Shown here piece by piece: positions 13,120 to 25,699 of a DNA stretch of 48,102 bases. The position numbers were made by a program, and so were the translations under genes. Source of the DNA: Chiloscyllium plagiosum (Eukaryota); assembly GCF_004010195.1 (NCBI RefSeq), contig NC_057751.1, positions 810,462 to 858,563 of the forward strand, in the 5' to 3' direction. Position 1 is the stretch's first letter; each line of letters opens with the position of its first letter. The notes under the pieces are model-generated. The model was not told where the DNA came from. It ran no database searches and saw only the letters and a program-made list of their open reading frames with translations.

Positions 13120-13610
13120 ACAACGTTGTGAAATTTGAAAGGTTTCAGAAAAGATTTACAAGGATGTTGCCAGGGTTGGAGGGTTTGAGCTACATGGAAC
13201 AGCTGAATAGGTTGGGGCTGTTTTCCCTGGAGCATTGAAGCCTGAGGGGTGACCTTATAGAGGTTTATAAAATCATGAGGAGCATGGATATGGTGAATAG
13301 ACAAGGTCTTTTCCCTGGGGTGGGTGAGTCCAAAACTGGACAGCATAGGTTTAACGTGAGAGGGGAAAGATATAAGTGAGACCTAAGGGGCAACTGTTTT
13401 CACGCAGAGGGTGGTGCGTGTGATGGAGTGATGGAGGCTGGTATAATTACAAGTTTTAAAAGGCATCTGGATGGATATATGAATGGGAAGAGTTTGGAAG
13501 GATATGGGCCAAGTGCTGGCAAATGGAACTCGATTTATTTAGGCTATCTGATCGGCATGGACGAGTTAGACCAAAGGATCTGTTTTCATGCTGTATATCT
13601 CTATGACTTT
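13120..13610 (+). mobile_element. CR1 LINE 3' end
   Basis: KVSEKIYKD/LERVQKRF-like region, FKRHLDGYM, ctctatgac tail. Confidence 0.9.
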
Positions 13611-14144
13611 GCAAGAAAGGGTTTTAGGTCAAAGCACAGTAATTAACTCATACTTTGTATCACCAAATGAGCATCAGAACTATACCATACCATGTCAGAT
13701 CGGAGGACTTAAAATGACAGGAACTTCACAGACACATTAGTTTCTTCTCTAATGTATTCTGAAAACAGACTAATAGCATCGGCAATAGAATGAAGGTAGA
13801 GATTGAGTGGCATTCTCTCACACGAAGGTTTGGTTGGACATGCAATACTCAACCTGAAACAGTGGGTTAGAAAAATTCATCTTTTGAAAGGGACATAGTG
13901 AAATTATTTGAGAATCCAAATGGAAAGAGACTGAAAGCTTAAGTCTCAGCACAGGCATGATGGGAGAAATAGCAACATGTTGAGATTTCTCTGAGTGAGA
14001 GTTGACCCTGGTGCGATGAGATTTATGAAGGAGTAGGTAGATCGGACTAATCATGGGTGGGTGGTTACCAGGGTAATAAGCTCTGGGAAAGATGTGCAAG
14101 GGCAAGGATTGAATGTGGAAAAGACCAGCTTTAGGAATTAGGCA

Positions 14145-15415
14145 AACAGAAGAACATACGAACCAAGAGCAGGAGTCGACCATCTGGCCCTTTGAGCCTG
14201 CTCTACCATTCAATAAGATCATGGTTGATCTTTTCATGGACTCAGATCCATTTTCCCGCCCTCTCACAATATCCCTTAATTCCTTTACTGTTCAAACAAT
14301 TATCTATCTTAGCTTTAAAAACTTTTACTGAAGTAGCATCAACTACTTCACTGGGCAGGGAATCCCACAGATTCACAACCCTCTGGGTGAAGAAGTTCCT
14401 TCTCAATTCAGTCCTAAATCTGTTCCCCCTAATTTTGAGGCTATGCTCTCTTGTCCTAGCTTCACCTGCCAATGGAAACTTCCTCTCTACTTCTATTCTA
14501 TTCCCTTCATTGTTTCACATGTTTCTATAAGATCCCCCTTCATTCTTATAAATTCCAATGAATATAATCCCAATCGACTCAATCTCTCCTCATAAGCCAA
14601 CCCTGTCAACTCCGGAATCAACACCTCATGAACCTCCTCTGCATCTCTTCCAGTGCCAGTACATCCTTTCTCAAGTAAGGAGACCAAAACTGCGCACAGT
14701 ACTTCAGGTGTGGCCTCACCAGCACCCTATACAGCTGCAATGTAACCTCCCTGCTTTTAAACTCAATCCCTTTAGCAATGAAGGACATAATTCCATTTGC
14801 TTTCTGAATTACATGTTGCACCTACAGACCAACCTTCTGTGATTCATGCACAAGGACACCCAGGTCCCTCTGCACAGCAGCATGCTGCAATTTCTTACCA
14901 TTCAAATAAACTCGTATTCCTACCAAAATGGATGACTTCACATTTAATAACATTGTATTCCATCTGCCAGACCTTTGCTCACTCACTCAATGTATCTATG
15001 TTTCTTTATAAAGTTTCACAGTTCTCCATACACTTTGCTCTGCCACTCATCTCAGTATTGCCTGCAAACTTTGACACATTACATGTGGTTTCCAACTCCA
15101 AATCATCTGTATAAATTGTAAATAATTGTGGTCCCAACACTGATCCCTGAGGCACACCACATGCCACTCCTTCCTGATGAAGAGCTGATGCTCGAAAAGT
15201 CGATACTCCTGCTCCTCGAATGTTGCCTAACTGGCTGTGCTTTTCCAGCACCACACTTTAGACTCTGATCTCCAGAATCTGCAGTCCTCACTTTTTCCGA
15301 ACACTCATTTATCCCCACTCTTTGCTTCCTGTTAGTCAACCAATTCTCTATCCATGCGAATACTTTACACCCAACGCCATGCATCTTTATCTTCTGCAGC
15401 AGCCTCATGTGCAGG
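14145..15415 (-). mobile_element. CR1 LINE RT and 3' end, interrupted at about 15170-15298
   Basis: GVPQGSVLGPQLF, SKFAGN (decayed FADD), LYRVLVRPHLKYCAQFWSP, NFFTQRVVNLW. Confidence 0.95.
15170..15298 (+). mobile_element. PLE terminal-repeat mini-element (ACGU family) starting at a hammerhead core
   Basis: UUC-CUGAUGA-A-GAGCugauGCUC-GAA-AAGU-C-GAU, then the shared tail ...tccagaatctgcagtcctcacttt; inserted in a CR1. Confidence 0.85.
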
Positions 15416-17938
15416 ACTGGGAGATACATTTATTCCTAAGAGAACCAAGCTTCTCCAACAACTTAAAGAAAGAGCTTTAGTTATAGAGAATAAGAGAATT
15501 CCACAAAGATACCCTGAAAGAAAGAATTTCTCCCTGTCTCCATCTTAAATGGAAGACCCCCTAACTTTAAATTAGATTAGCCATGATCTTATTGAATGGT
15601 GGAGCAGATGGCCTACTCCTGCTCTTATTTCTTATATCCCCTCGTCTTAGTCTCCCCGAGATGGGAAAAAATTCTATCATCTCACCACACTTCTGCAGGA
15701 TCTCAGATATTTCAATAACATCACCTCTCATTTTTCCAAACTCCAATGTGTATTGTCCCACTGGTCCAGCCTTGCTTCAGAACACAATCACCTCATTCCA
15801 GTAAGCTATCAAGAAAGTGTCAGTCAAAATAGTGGTTTCAGCATCCATTTTAGATCATATCCAGTTTTAATCAGGAATTTCATTGGCAGCAGAGATTTAA
15901 ATGGAACATCTCAGGGTGAAGGAGCACATGGATACCTGAATAGAATTTCCCAGTCATCACCGATCAGAAAAAGTGCCAATCCTAATATCTGGCCTCACAG
16001 AACATGACAGATCTGGGTTTATCAGTCATCGGTAGAATTGCTAGAGTTGGTATGGTATCGATCATACCTCTAATGTAATGTAAAGCTCAAATTTCCGCTT
16101 CTTGAAAAACTTCCCAAATTCCATGAGCAAACAAGACCAGAGGTAAACTTAAGACCATAAATCACTACCCAGACAGCTAGCGATATATACAAGGAATAAT
16201 CCCTTACTATAGAGGTGGACATCTCATTTGACCAGGAACTACTGAAATCTGCTGAAAGAAGTTCTTTTCAGAATGAGTGAATCTAAGCTGATACCTGCCT
16301 TATGCCAGTAGCAATCTTCCACATGTTGGGCTTGAGCTCTGCCTCTCTTTATGACATAGATTTGTTGGAAAAATTCATTCCAACCTCACGAAAGGGCCAA
16401 CACTGCTCACAGAGAAACTGGTGCTGGATCAAACCGTTTGTTTGAAAACTCAGATTGATCGATTGTTGTTCAACAAAGGTTTTAATGGATTTTGGAAAAG
16501 GGCTCATTTGTGGAATTAAGTTGCAGATCAGTCATGATCTCACTGAATGACAGAATTGGCCTGAGGGGCTAAATGGTCTCTTCCTGATCCAATGTAATTG
16601 GGAAAGTGGGAAAGACACCAGTAAAATGGGGGAATGGGAGGGAACTAGTAATCCACCTTCCAAATTTTTGCTATTTCGGAACTGTTCCTTTTGATCAGAA
16701 AATTGCTCATGACTCTCCACTATTTAAGGAAAGTTGCAGAGGAAAATCAGAAAGTTGTAGACCAGCTAGCTCTGTCATTGAGAAATTACTCAAGTCTGTA
16801 ATTAAGGATGGAGGTGACAGAACATTATAAAAATGCTCACCTGATCAGACAGTGAGCATGGATTTGTAAAGGGAAGGTTCATCTCTATTGAAACTGATGG
16901 AATGTTTTGAAAAAGTGACTAAAGCAGGCAATAGGGGAATATCTATAAATGTTATTGATATAGACTTCCAAAAGACCATGATTTATTCCCACGCCAGAGA
17001 CTGTTAGTTAGAGATGAAGCACAGAGAATTAGAGGCAAAGAGCTGATCTGGATGACAGTGTGGTTGAGCAAAAGATTAACTCGACAGAGAGCAGGGCCCC
17101 TTACAGATCAACGCGTTGTATTGAACCTCAGGAGATCAGAGAAATATTAAGTGAATTAAATTTCATGGCAGTTTTTACTGTGAAGAAAGAACTTAGGGAA
17201 ATAAATATTGATGTTTTGAAAATAGTTCAAATTACAGAAAAGGAAGTGCTGGAGGTCTTAGAAAACATAAATCTCCAGGGTCTGATCAAGTGTATACCAG
17301 GACATTGTGGGAAGTTAGGAAGGAAATTGCAGGGCCCCAAGTAGAAATATTTGTATAATCTGTAACCATGGATGAGGTGCCGGAGGACTGGAGGGTGGTT
17401 AATGCTGTGCCTATATTTAAGAAAAGCTGCAAGGAGAAATCTGGGAACTACAGACCTGTGAGTCTGACATTGGTGAATCCCTCCAAGTTGTTGGAGATGC
17501 TTCTGAAAGATAGGATTTATATGCATTGGCGAGGCAAGGAATGATTAAGGATAGTCAGCATGGTTTTTTATGTGGAAAATAGTGTCCTACAAACTTAATT
17601 CAGCTTTTCGAGCAAGTAATCAAAATAATTGATGAATGCAGAGCAGTTGACATTGTTGACTTGGACTTTAGTAAAGTCTTTGCTCAGGTTCTAGATGGTT
17701 GACTAATCAGTAGAGTCAGGTCACATGGGATTCAGGGCAAGCTTGGCAATTGGATACAAAATTGGCTTGAAGGTAGGAGATAGAGGGAGATGTTGGATAG
17801 TTGCTTATCAGACTAGAGGATCAGTACTGAGTCCACTTTGTTTGTCATTTATATAAATGATTTGGCATACAGGAGGCATGGTTAGGAAGCTTGTCAATGA
17901 CACCAAAACTGATGCTATAATGGACAGTGAAGAAGGTT

Positions 17939-18104
17939 GTCAAAGAGTGTGGCGCTAGAAAAGCACAGCAAGTCAGGCAGCATCCAAGGAGCAGGAGAGT
18001 CGACATTCAAGGCATTAACCCTTCATCTGTCTGACCTGCTGTGCTTTTCCAGCGCCACACTTTTCAACTCTGATATCCAGCACCTGCAGTCCTCACTTTC
18101 TCCT
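17939..18104. mobile_element. Foldback PLE mini-element (ACGU family) with TSD
   Basis: Inverted arms gtgtggcgctagaaaagcacagcaagtcag / ctgacctgctgtgcttttccagcgccacac; TSD agtgaagaag(g/c)tt at 17926-17938 and 18105-18117. Confidence 0.85.
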
Positions 18105-18742
18105 AGTGAAGAAGCTTATCTAAGAGTACAAAGAGATTTGACCAATTGGATCAATGAACTGAGGAGTGGCAGATGGAGTTTAATTTGGATAAATACGAGA
18201 TAATTCATTCTGGTAAAACAATCAAGGGCTGGACTTCTACAATTAATGGTAGGGCCCAGGGTAGCATTGTAGAACACAGAGACCTAGGGTTCAGGTACAC
18301 AATTCTTTGAAATGTGTGTCACAGGTTGACAGGGTGGTTAAGAAGGCATTTGCTACACTTGCCTTCATTGCTCAGGTATTCGAGTATAGAGTTGGACATT
18401 ATTTTGAGTTGTACAAAACGTTGGTGAGGCCTCTTCTGGAGTACTGTGTGCAGTTCTGGTCACCCTGTGACAGGAAGGACATTACTAAACTGGTGACCGT
18501 TCAGAAATGATCTACCAGGATATTGCCAGGAATGGAGGGTTTAAGATAGGCCGGATAGGCTGGGACATTTTTCACTGGAGTGTAGGAGGTTGAAGGGTGA
18601 TCTTTTATAAAATCATGGGGGGCAGAGATAAGGTGAATAGCAAAGGTCGTTTCCCTAGGGTGGGGGAGTTCAAAATTAGGCGGCATATTTTTAAGGTGAG
18701 AGGAGAAAGATTTAAAAAAGACATGAAGGGCAACGGTTTTTT

Positions 18743-18950
18743 ATGATGAGGAAGTGCCAGTATTGTACTGAGGTGGACAAAGTTAAAAATCACACAACAC
18801 CAGGTTATAGTCCAACAGGTTTAATTGGAAGCACTAGCTTTTGGAGCACCACTCATTTGTCAGGTAGCTGAGGAAGGATCAGCGCTCTGAAAGCTCGTAC
18901 TTCCAAATAAACCTGTTGGACTATAACCGAGGGTTGTTTGATTTTAAACA
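18743..18950. mobile_element. Foldback PLE mini-element (AGCU family) with divergent hammerhead remnants on both strands
   Basis: Inverted arms around caggtagctg; plus-strand core CUGAGGA at 18868-18874 ...GAA-AGCU-C-GUA; interrupts the CR1 caac-tttttt-acacagag segment. Confidence 0.85.
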
Positions 18951-19260
18951 TTTTTTGACACAGAGAATGGTTAGTGTGTGGATTGAACTTCCAGAGGAAG
19001 TGGGGGATGCAGGTGCAGTTACAATGCTTAAAAGACATTTAGGTAAGTACATGAGTAGGAAAGGTTTGGAGGGATATTGGCCAAACGCAGGCAGGTGGGT
19101 GTAGTTCAGTTTGGGAATATGGTTGTGGGGGCCTGCTGTTTGCTATTTAATGATGGCCTTTTTGGGGTTCAAGTCATAGGGTTTCAGTTTGATTCAAACA
19201 TGAAAGAAAACAGCAGAACGCTGTCAAACTCAGACCCACAGAACAGCTGACAGTAATGCT

Positions 19261-19359
19261 CAACAAAACAGACATTGCTGGAAAATCTCAGCACGTCTGG
19301 CATTATCTGTGGAGAGAAATCAGAGTCAATGTTTCAGGTCCAGTGACCCTTCCTCAGAA
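19261..19359 (-). mobile_element. PLE terminal-repeat mini-element with hammerhead remnant
   Basis: Minus strand reads CUGAGGA-A-GGGUCacugGACCU-GAA-ACAU-U-GAC, followed by the shared cagataatgccagacgtgctgagattttccagc tail. Confidence 0.8.
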
Positions 19360-19399
19360 TCGGCCCATTCTACAGTAATGTTCAACCCAGTGGGCTTGT

Positions 19400-20440
19400 G
19401 TCGATACGTATTTCCCCATTTGGTGATGGACAGCTTTGGTTCTGGTAACTTTAGGGTGAAGAACGATGTGAGACAGAGCTGAGTCCTGGCCCCATTGTGT
19501 TTGGTACTTTCTTCTCTGGGCTCTTTTACCTTTCCTGCAGGTAATGGGGGGGGTTCTTACCTGCATACTGGGTCAAACAGCAAGCTCTACAATCTGTCCA
19601 GACTGAAAATGAAGACAAAATGACAGCACGTCTGGATCAGAGAGCTCCTCCGAGTTGCTGCTGCTGCATCGGTCACCCTAACAGAAACCCAGCCACTGAG
19701 ACTCATGGATTGTCTCTCCCATGGCTGCAATATATTCTTCCTGACTATAAACATCAAGAAAACCATGGTTATGGGATAGGGTGCCACATCTCTGTCCACG
19801 ATCACACTAGATAACACTTCAGTAGTATTCTATGGCTTTGGGTCTACAGTGACACTTGCTTATGATGCAGAACCAGGTGAACACACACCAAAAGCAGCTC
19901 TTTACCTTCGGCCAACTTAGGAAATGCTTATGAAACAGCAGACTGGTGTTTCTGAGACCTGTCTACACTGTACGATGTGAAACATGGACACCAACCAAGA
20001 AGAGAAGCTCAACAACTTTCCCTTTCATTATATTTGTGCCACATTCCAGTCATCTCAGGGAGGGACACAATAACAAATGCAGCAGTTATCCTGAAGACCA
20101 AGCTCTTGGCAGTCACCAAACACAGGTGACTTTGTGGGGTCATGCACATTTGAAGGGTGCAGGATGAATGATGACTTTCTGCATGGCGAAGTAGCTGGAG
20201 CCATGTGAAGCTCCGCTTGTAATTGTGAGGTGGAGGTCCTGCATGTTAACTTCTGCATAGGGAAAATACTGGCATGTGTTATGATGACAATCAGTGGCTA
20301 CAGTCAGCATCTTTACATCAGGCACCAGCACTGAAAACAGCAATTTGCAACCTCAACTGATAACCACTTCATATGTGGCACTTGTGGGCCAATCCTACCT
20401 CTGATGATTGGTCTCTTTGGTCATCATTTGAAGGTAACTC
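19400..20440 (+). mobile_element. RTE-clade LINE remnant (BovB/RTE-like RT to C-terminus)
   Basis: VKNDVRQS*VLAP (GVKQGCVLAP), YLHT...KLYNLSRLKMKTK*QHVWIRELL, LTINIKKTMVMG, and C-terminal FICGTCG...IGLFGH. Confidence 0.8.
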
Positions 20441-20539
20441 AATCCCAATGGATTTGCTGCACGTTAAGCATTTCATGCAAATAGAAGGATGCTGAGAGTG
20501 GACCTTTGCAAATCAGCCACCTTTGCAAATTTGCCAACG

Positions 20540-21870
20540 CCACAAAGAAAGGCAGCATTGTTTAGAAAAGTGTAAAATGGCAACAAGATACTGGGAGATT
20601 AAGTGAAGGGCCAAACTGGAGCAAATTGATTTCAATGGTACCAAATATGATGTCATCACTTTGGACCTAAAAATGATACAACAGGATATTTTCCAAATCA
20701 TATAAAAGCTTCTAAACAGAGGAGATCCAAATCGACTCGAGTTCCAGGTACAGACTATTTAAATGCCACGAACATGTACAGAAAATAATCAAAATGGCGA
20801 ATGAAACAGTGGCCTTTATATCGAGTAAAAATCCAGTTTCAGCAATATAACATCCTGCTCAGAAACTGAACAACTTGAGAAACTGAGGGCACTCTGGATA
20901 CAGACCTTAGGAAGAAGATAATGGCCTTCAAGGAAAGGCAAGGTACTTCAGTCATAACTAGACTCCAAGAGTTATACTGCGTTGGGACAATTTCACTTGT
21001 CTACACTGAATCCTTTCTCTCCAATTTAAATTAGATCTCATTTAAGTTGCTGAAGAAATTGAACAGGAAGCTGTTAAATCTGCGCTGTATCATTTAAAAG
21101 CAAGGGATACTTTCAATAGCTTGACTTTAAGTGATTTTATTCTTGATAATTAATTCTGAAAATACTGAATGCTTTTCTCATTTCAGTAACCTATTTATGA
21201 AATGCTTTACTGTAACAGCACCATCTGCCCCTGTGTGTCTCAGATCAAAATTCCTGGCCGAATCTGCACCCATGTCTCTGCCCCCTGACTCAGAGATGTT
21301 GCCAAGTGAAGGACCCCTGCTACTGACCTTGGCTGAAATGGTCTAACTCATTTACATGGCCCTTTGAGCTGCTCCACCTTCAATAAGATCATGACTAATC
21401 TGGTTTTAATCTCAACTTCACAACCCTGCAAATCCCTGGTAATCTTTCACCCCTTCAGCAATCACAAATCCATCTCCAAAATATTTAAAGGTTCTGCATC
21501 CACTGTATTTTAATGAAGGCAATTCCAAAAAAGTCACAACCCTCTGAGGAGAAAAAAAACTCAACTTTTAAATGTGTGAATCCTTAATTTTAAATTATAA
21601 GGCCTAATTCTGGATTTTCCCACAAGAGGAAACATCCTTTTGAAATCCACCGAATTAAATACACTCAGGATCTTATACGTTTCAAGTAAATCATCTCTGA
21701 ATTCATCTAAACTCCGGAGGACCCAGGCCTAGACTGTCCTGCTTCTCCTCATGTGGCAATTTGTTCATTCCAGACATTAGTCTCGTAAAGCTTCTCTAAA
21801 GCACTTCTAACACATTCACATCCTTCTGCAAATATGGGGACTCAAAGTGTATACAATACTTCAAATGACG
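20540..21870. mobile_element. Old CR1 fragments (plus strand about 20540-20990; minus strand about 21340-21870)
   Basis: Degenerate similarity to the younger CR1 RT and 3' segments in this window. Confidence 0.55.
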
Positions 21871-22492
21871 ACAGGATTTGGTGATACTGTTATATGAAAC
21901 ATCATTAATGAGAACTGCAGCAGAGGGTAGTTACTGCACTTGAGAGGATCCAAAGCTAAAATCAATACAGGCAAAGGCCACCTGTCTGGGGGATTGCAAG
22001 TTGCAGTTAAGTTGTGGAGGGGTCTGAACTGTTGTCTTTCACAGATTCTGTATTCTAGGTTTTGTGTATAATTCCGAACAGATTACATGAGAATTTGTAC
22101 TGGGGAGGGATTTCTGAGAGTTCAGCAATCTAATGAATGTAGGGTTGAGCCAATGTCTGTGTCTTGTGCATTTTCTACTTGTAATTTCTGAAGACCCAAA
22201 ACCATTGTAAAAGGGGCAAGGGATGAAACGCTTACAGCCCCCAACTCCCTCCACCATGTTGGCATGGATGTCCAAGTGCTGCTGAGTTCAGGAGCTGTTG
22301 CCTCTGATCGGCTGACAGCTACATACAGAGAGGACTTTTCCTCATTTGTGGCCTATTTCGAGTTAAAAAAGCTCTCAGCAACCAATCAGTTGCCTGATTG
22401 CTGGAAGTTCCAGCAGAATTTCTCATCTCCTCAAAACTCTTCTGCTTTTGGGCTGAGTCCTAAAACAGGAAGATCTGGCCTGATGTTTTATT

Positions 22493-22798
22493 TAGATTAG
22501 ATTACTTACAATGTGGAAACAGGCCCTTCGGCCCAACAAGTCCACACTGACCCGCCGAAGCGCAACCCACCCATACCCCTACATTTATCCCTTACCTAAC
22601 ACTACGGACAATTGTAGCATGGCCAATTCACCTGACCCTGCACATCTTTGGACTGTGGGGGGAAACCAGAGCACCCGGAGGAAACCAACGCAGACACAGG
22701 GAGAACGTGCAAACTCCACACAGTCAGTCGCCTGAGGCGGGAATTGAACTCTGGCACTGTGATGCAGCAGTGCTAACTACTGTGCCACTGTGCCGCCC
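22493..22798 (-). mobile_element. HE1-type V-SINE
   Basis: Near-identical to the copy at 37653-37968; (GATTA)n tail. Confidence 0.92.
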
Positions 22799-23469
22799 AC
22801 GGTTGTCCTTGTGCTTTGACGAAGGTCTGTCTCCAAAAGTAACACTACTGGAGCCCATGGAACTTAGCGCAAAAACTCAATTTCCTACTTCGTTGATACC
22901 CATATCCTCTGCTGCCTTCTAATCCAATGTCCTGCACGGTTCAATGTTGATCCCATTACTTTCACCTCCCACTTCTCCTTTAAGATGCTCCTTAAAATCC
23001 ACATCTTTGACCAGGCATTTGGATAGCTGTCCCTGTGCTACTTGGTGTCAAATTTAGTTTTATAAAATATCCTCTCAGATTAAGGAGAGATTTCATGCAT
23101 GGTCTATCACCATAAAACTTATGAAAACCAGCTCATGAAGTTTTTTTAAACTGGAACAAAGTTTTTTCCGCTTTGGAACCTGGCAAACTTTAACTGCAAG
23201 TCTTTTAAGTGACAGTAAAGTTTGGCAGGAGGTTGTTGGATGAAATGCGATTATATCTGGCTGACGATCTGTGCAGTTGAAAGGGGTTGTGAGAGAAGCT
23301 AAGAGGTAACATCCAGAGGTGAGAAGAGATAAGGCTGTAGAAATTTGGGAGGATCAGGAAGTTGTCAAAGATATTGGCTATTAACTCAAAACTTTCTAGT
23401 TAGTTGTGGTTCTATTGCAGGCTTGAGTTTGCCTGGTTCAAATAGCTCTCAAGGCCCAATCCAGACAGG

Positions 23470-23600
23470 ACCTTTCCTGAAGAAGGGCCTGTGCCCGAAA
23501 CGTCGAATCTCCTGTTCCCTAGATGCTGCCTGACCTGCTGTGCTGTTCCAGCAATAAAGTTTCAACTTTGATCTCCAGCATCTGCAGACCTCACTTTCTC
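23470..23600 (+). mobile_element. PLE terminal-repeat mini-element (131 bp) with a perfect 15-bp TSD
   Basis: cccaatccagacagg at 23455-23469 and 23601-23615; the body matches the PLE 3' end at 42061-42178. Confidence 0.92.
23474..23507 (+). ncRNA. Minimal hammerhead ribozyme motif, intact core
   Basis: UUC-CUGAAGA-A-GGGCcuguGCCC-GAA-ACGU-C-GAA; stem I UUC/GAA; predicted cut after C23504. Confidence 0.85.
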
Positions 23601-23673
23601 CCCAATCCAGACAGGGCAATGCTGATTAGTAGGAAAAGGAGAAAAGCAGCAGGAATAATTTTTAACTTGGTAC

Positions 23674-23906
23674 TGAAATAACTCCACAAAGACCAGGTAT
23701 CCTGTCACCAAGTCACCCTTTATTTCCACTTGGAGAGTCCTTCATACTGATCCAGCTCCCTCAGAGCCAGCTCTCAGGATAAACAGAGCCTCTAACACTC
23801 CTGTTTCTGTCAGCCAGGGCTCCCTGATTGTATTAAGCTAACAGCCCCAAACAGGGAACTCAGATTCTATGAGGTGTACCTGACTGACCTTATTACCAAC
23901 ACTACA
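23674..23906 (-). mobile_element. Solo LTR
   Basis: Minus strand begins TGTAG and ends TTATTTCA (TG...CA), 233 bp, with AATAAA about 45 bp before the end. TSD is imperfect (ggtac/catac). Confidence 0.6.
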
Positions 23907-25699
23907 CATACCAAAATCTTCGGCCTTAATCCACATCAGTTCCATTCTTGAAGCTGGTTCTCTGGTTCTTCTCTTGAGCATGCAAGTAAGGTTTTACTCA
24001 TCAGAATGCACAGGTGAAGTTAGGAATTCCTACACCCACCTAAAGTGCAATGCAGGTGTCAAGAACCATTCATTCCAACCTATTCTGATGCAAATTTCCA
24101 GATCTTTTCTCAAGATCTCTCAGAATTCTCTTTGTTTACAATATTTAAACAGAAGAGTCAAGCCACTTTATCACTGAGGTTACAGTAGCCTTGGCAACAG
24201 AGCCAAGAGGTTTACACTGAAGGGTCAGCCATTTTGCCAGGAGCAATCATCAGTTACAGCAGCGTAATGAGACTTAATCGAAAGTCAGGCTAGGATAAAC
24301 GCAAGGAAAGGAAATTCTTGAATCTGTTTTTTTTTGTTGTATGGGAGCTGGGAAATGTTCTTTGGATATTTGACAGGTAGATGAATGAGAGTTAAAGACT
24401 GCTAGACTGCTGGCAAGGCCTCATATCCTCCACACTGACAGGATGACTGATGAGGGCCGCACAGACATTTCACATAAACAAGAGTGGCAAATGGAAAAGG
24501 AGAGCAAATAAGGCGGGGAGGAGATGAATCGAAAAGGAAATGAAAAGCCTTTGGTGCTAAAACACGGAGTAATATCTTTTTAAAAAAAAACCTGATTCTT
24601 GATTACACTGATTCATTCATCCTGAGAAAGTGACATTATAATCAGTTTTATAGAACACTGATTTAAAGACTGGATGCAATGCAGATCTAAGTACTTGTGT
24701 TTGATACATAACCTGCCAAAAAAAGATCAATGGCAGAGAAACTTCATGTTAATCACATCTGAAGTTGTACTTTGGCACTCTATTTACAATATCAAGAGAT
24801 TGAAGACATGAAAAGCAACCACAGTCCTCTCTCAGCCAGGATCTCTGCACTCTGACCCTTAACCTTTACCAGAGGCCCATTCAACACCAATCAAATGGAA
24901 TTCTGAGGTCTTGCTTAACTAATAAAGTGAATTACAAAACTGGCATAGTCTGTGTTTCTCCAGGACTGAAATCCTTGCCAAACCACTGTCATGCCCTTAC
25001 ATTTCCACCTCATAAATTCTGATTATCATCTTGCATTCTCCCACACACCCCACTTACATTCCACCCTCCATCCAGAGTTTCTCAACTTCCCCTGATCATA
25101 TTCGATTTATCTGGCTCCACTGACTTTGAGTAACATGAAGATTAGGCCTCTCCACTGTCCCTGACTTCCCTTCAACTCTACCCAGCTCCAATCTAAGTAA
25201 TCAGATGGACTTGTTTGATTTCATTTTGAAGCTTAAGTATTGAGGATTCAATACTCACCACAAACATGACTTTATTACCAATAAATGGCTGCCTCTTTTG
25301 AGGCTAGGCACATGGAGGAAAACATTCTTTTTTGACGCATTTGTCATATTCTAAATAAAACAAGCTGTTATCCAAATGGGTTCACTCAGTCTCAGCAAGT
25401 TGAAGACATCTCTGTTGTTGGTTGACTTCATGAAATGAGCTTGAAGGAACGAAAGCAGGAACCTACTGGTTGTACAATGGAACCAGCTTAAATGAGCACC
25501 TCCAAGAGCTAACCCACTTGCCAGGACTAGAAACAGAGCCTGAGAGGTGAATGTAGAAATAACAAAGATAATTTGCTGAAATAAAATAACTGGTAACTAT
25601 GAAGAAACCAAAAGACCAAAATGAATCGCTGCTCAGCCATTCACCATCTCAACACATCCCAAAGCTCCAGGGAGTAGTCTTTGAAGTGCATTCATTAGA

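Larger units (their letters stand above)
16700..19125 (+). mobile_element. CR1 LINE ORF2 remnants (probably two copies) with two PLE mini-element insertions
   Basis: PEDWRVV, NYRPVSLT, LYKTLVRPLLEYCVQFWSP and FLTQRMVSVWIELP motifs. Confidence 0.9.

Noticed and set aside
19515..19566. Polypyrimidine-CAG|GTAATG recursive-splice-like site with a small inverted repeat
   Set aside because: Lies inside decayed RTE coding sequence, and there is no evidence for a plus-strand host intron.
24447..24453. Isolated CTGATGA heptamers (also at 32401 and 33952)
   Set aside because: No stem II-GAAA-NUH arrangement follows, so they are not hammerheads.
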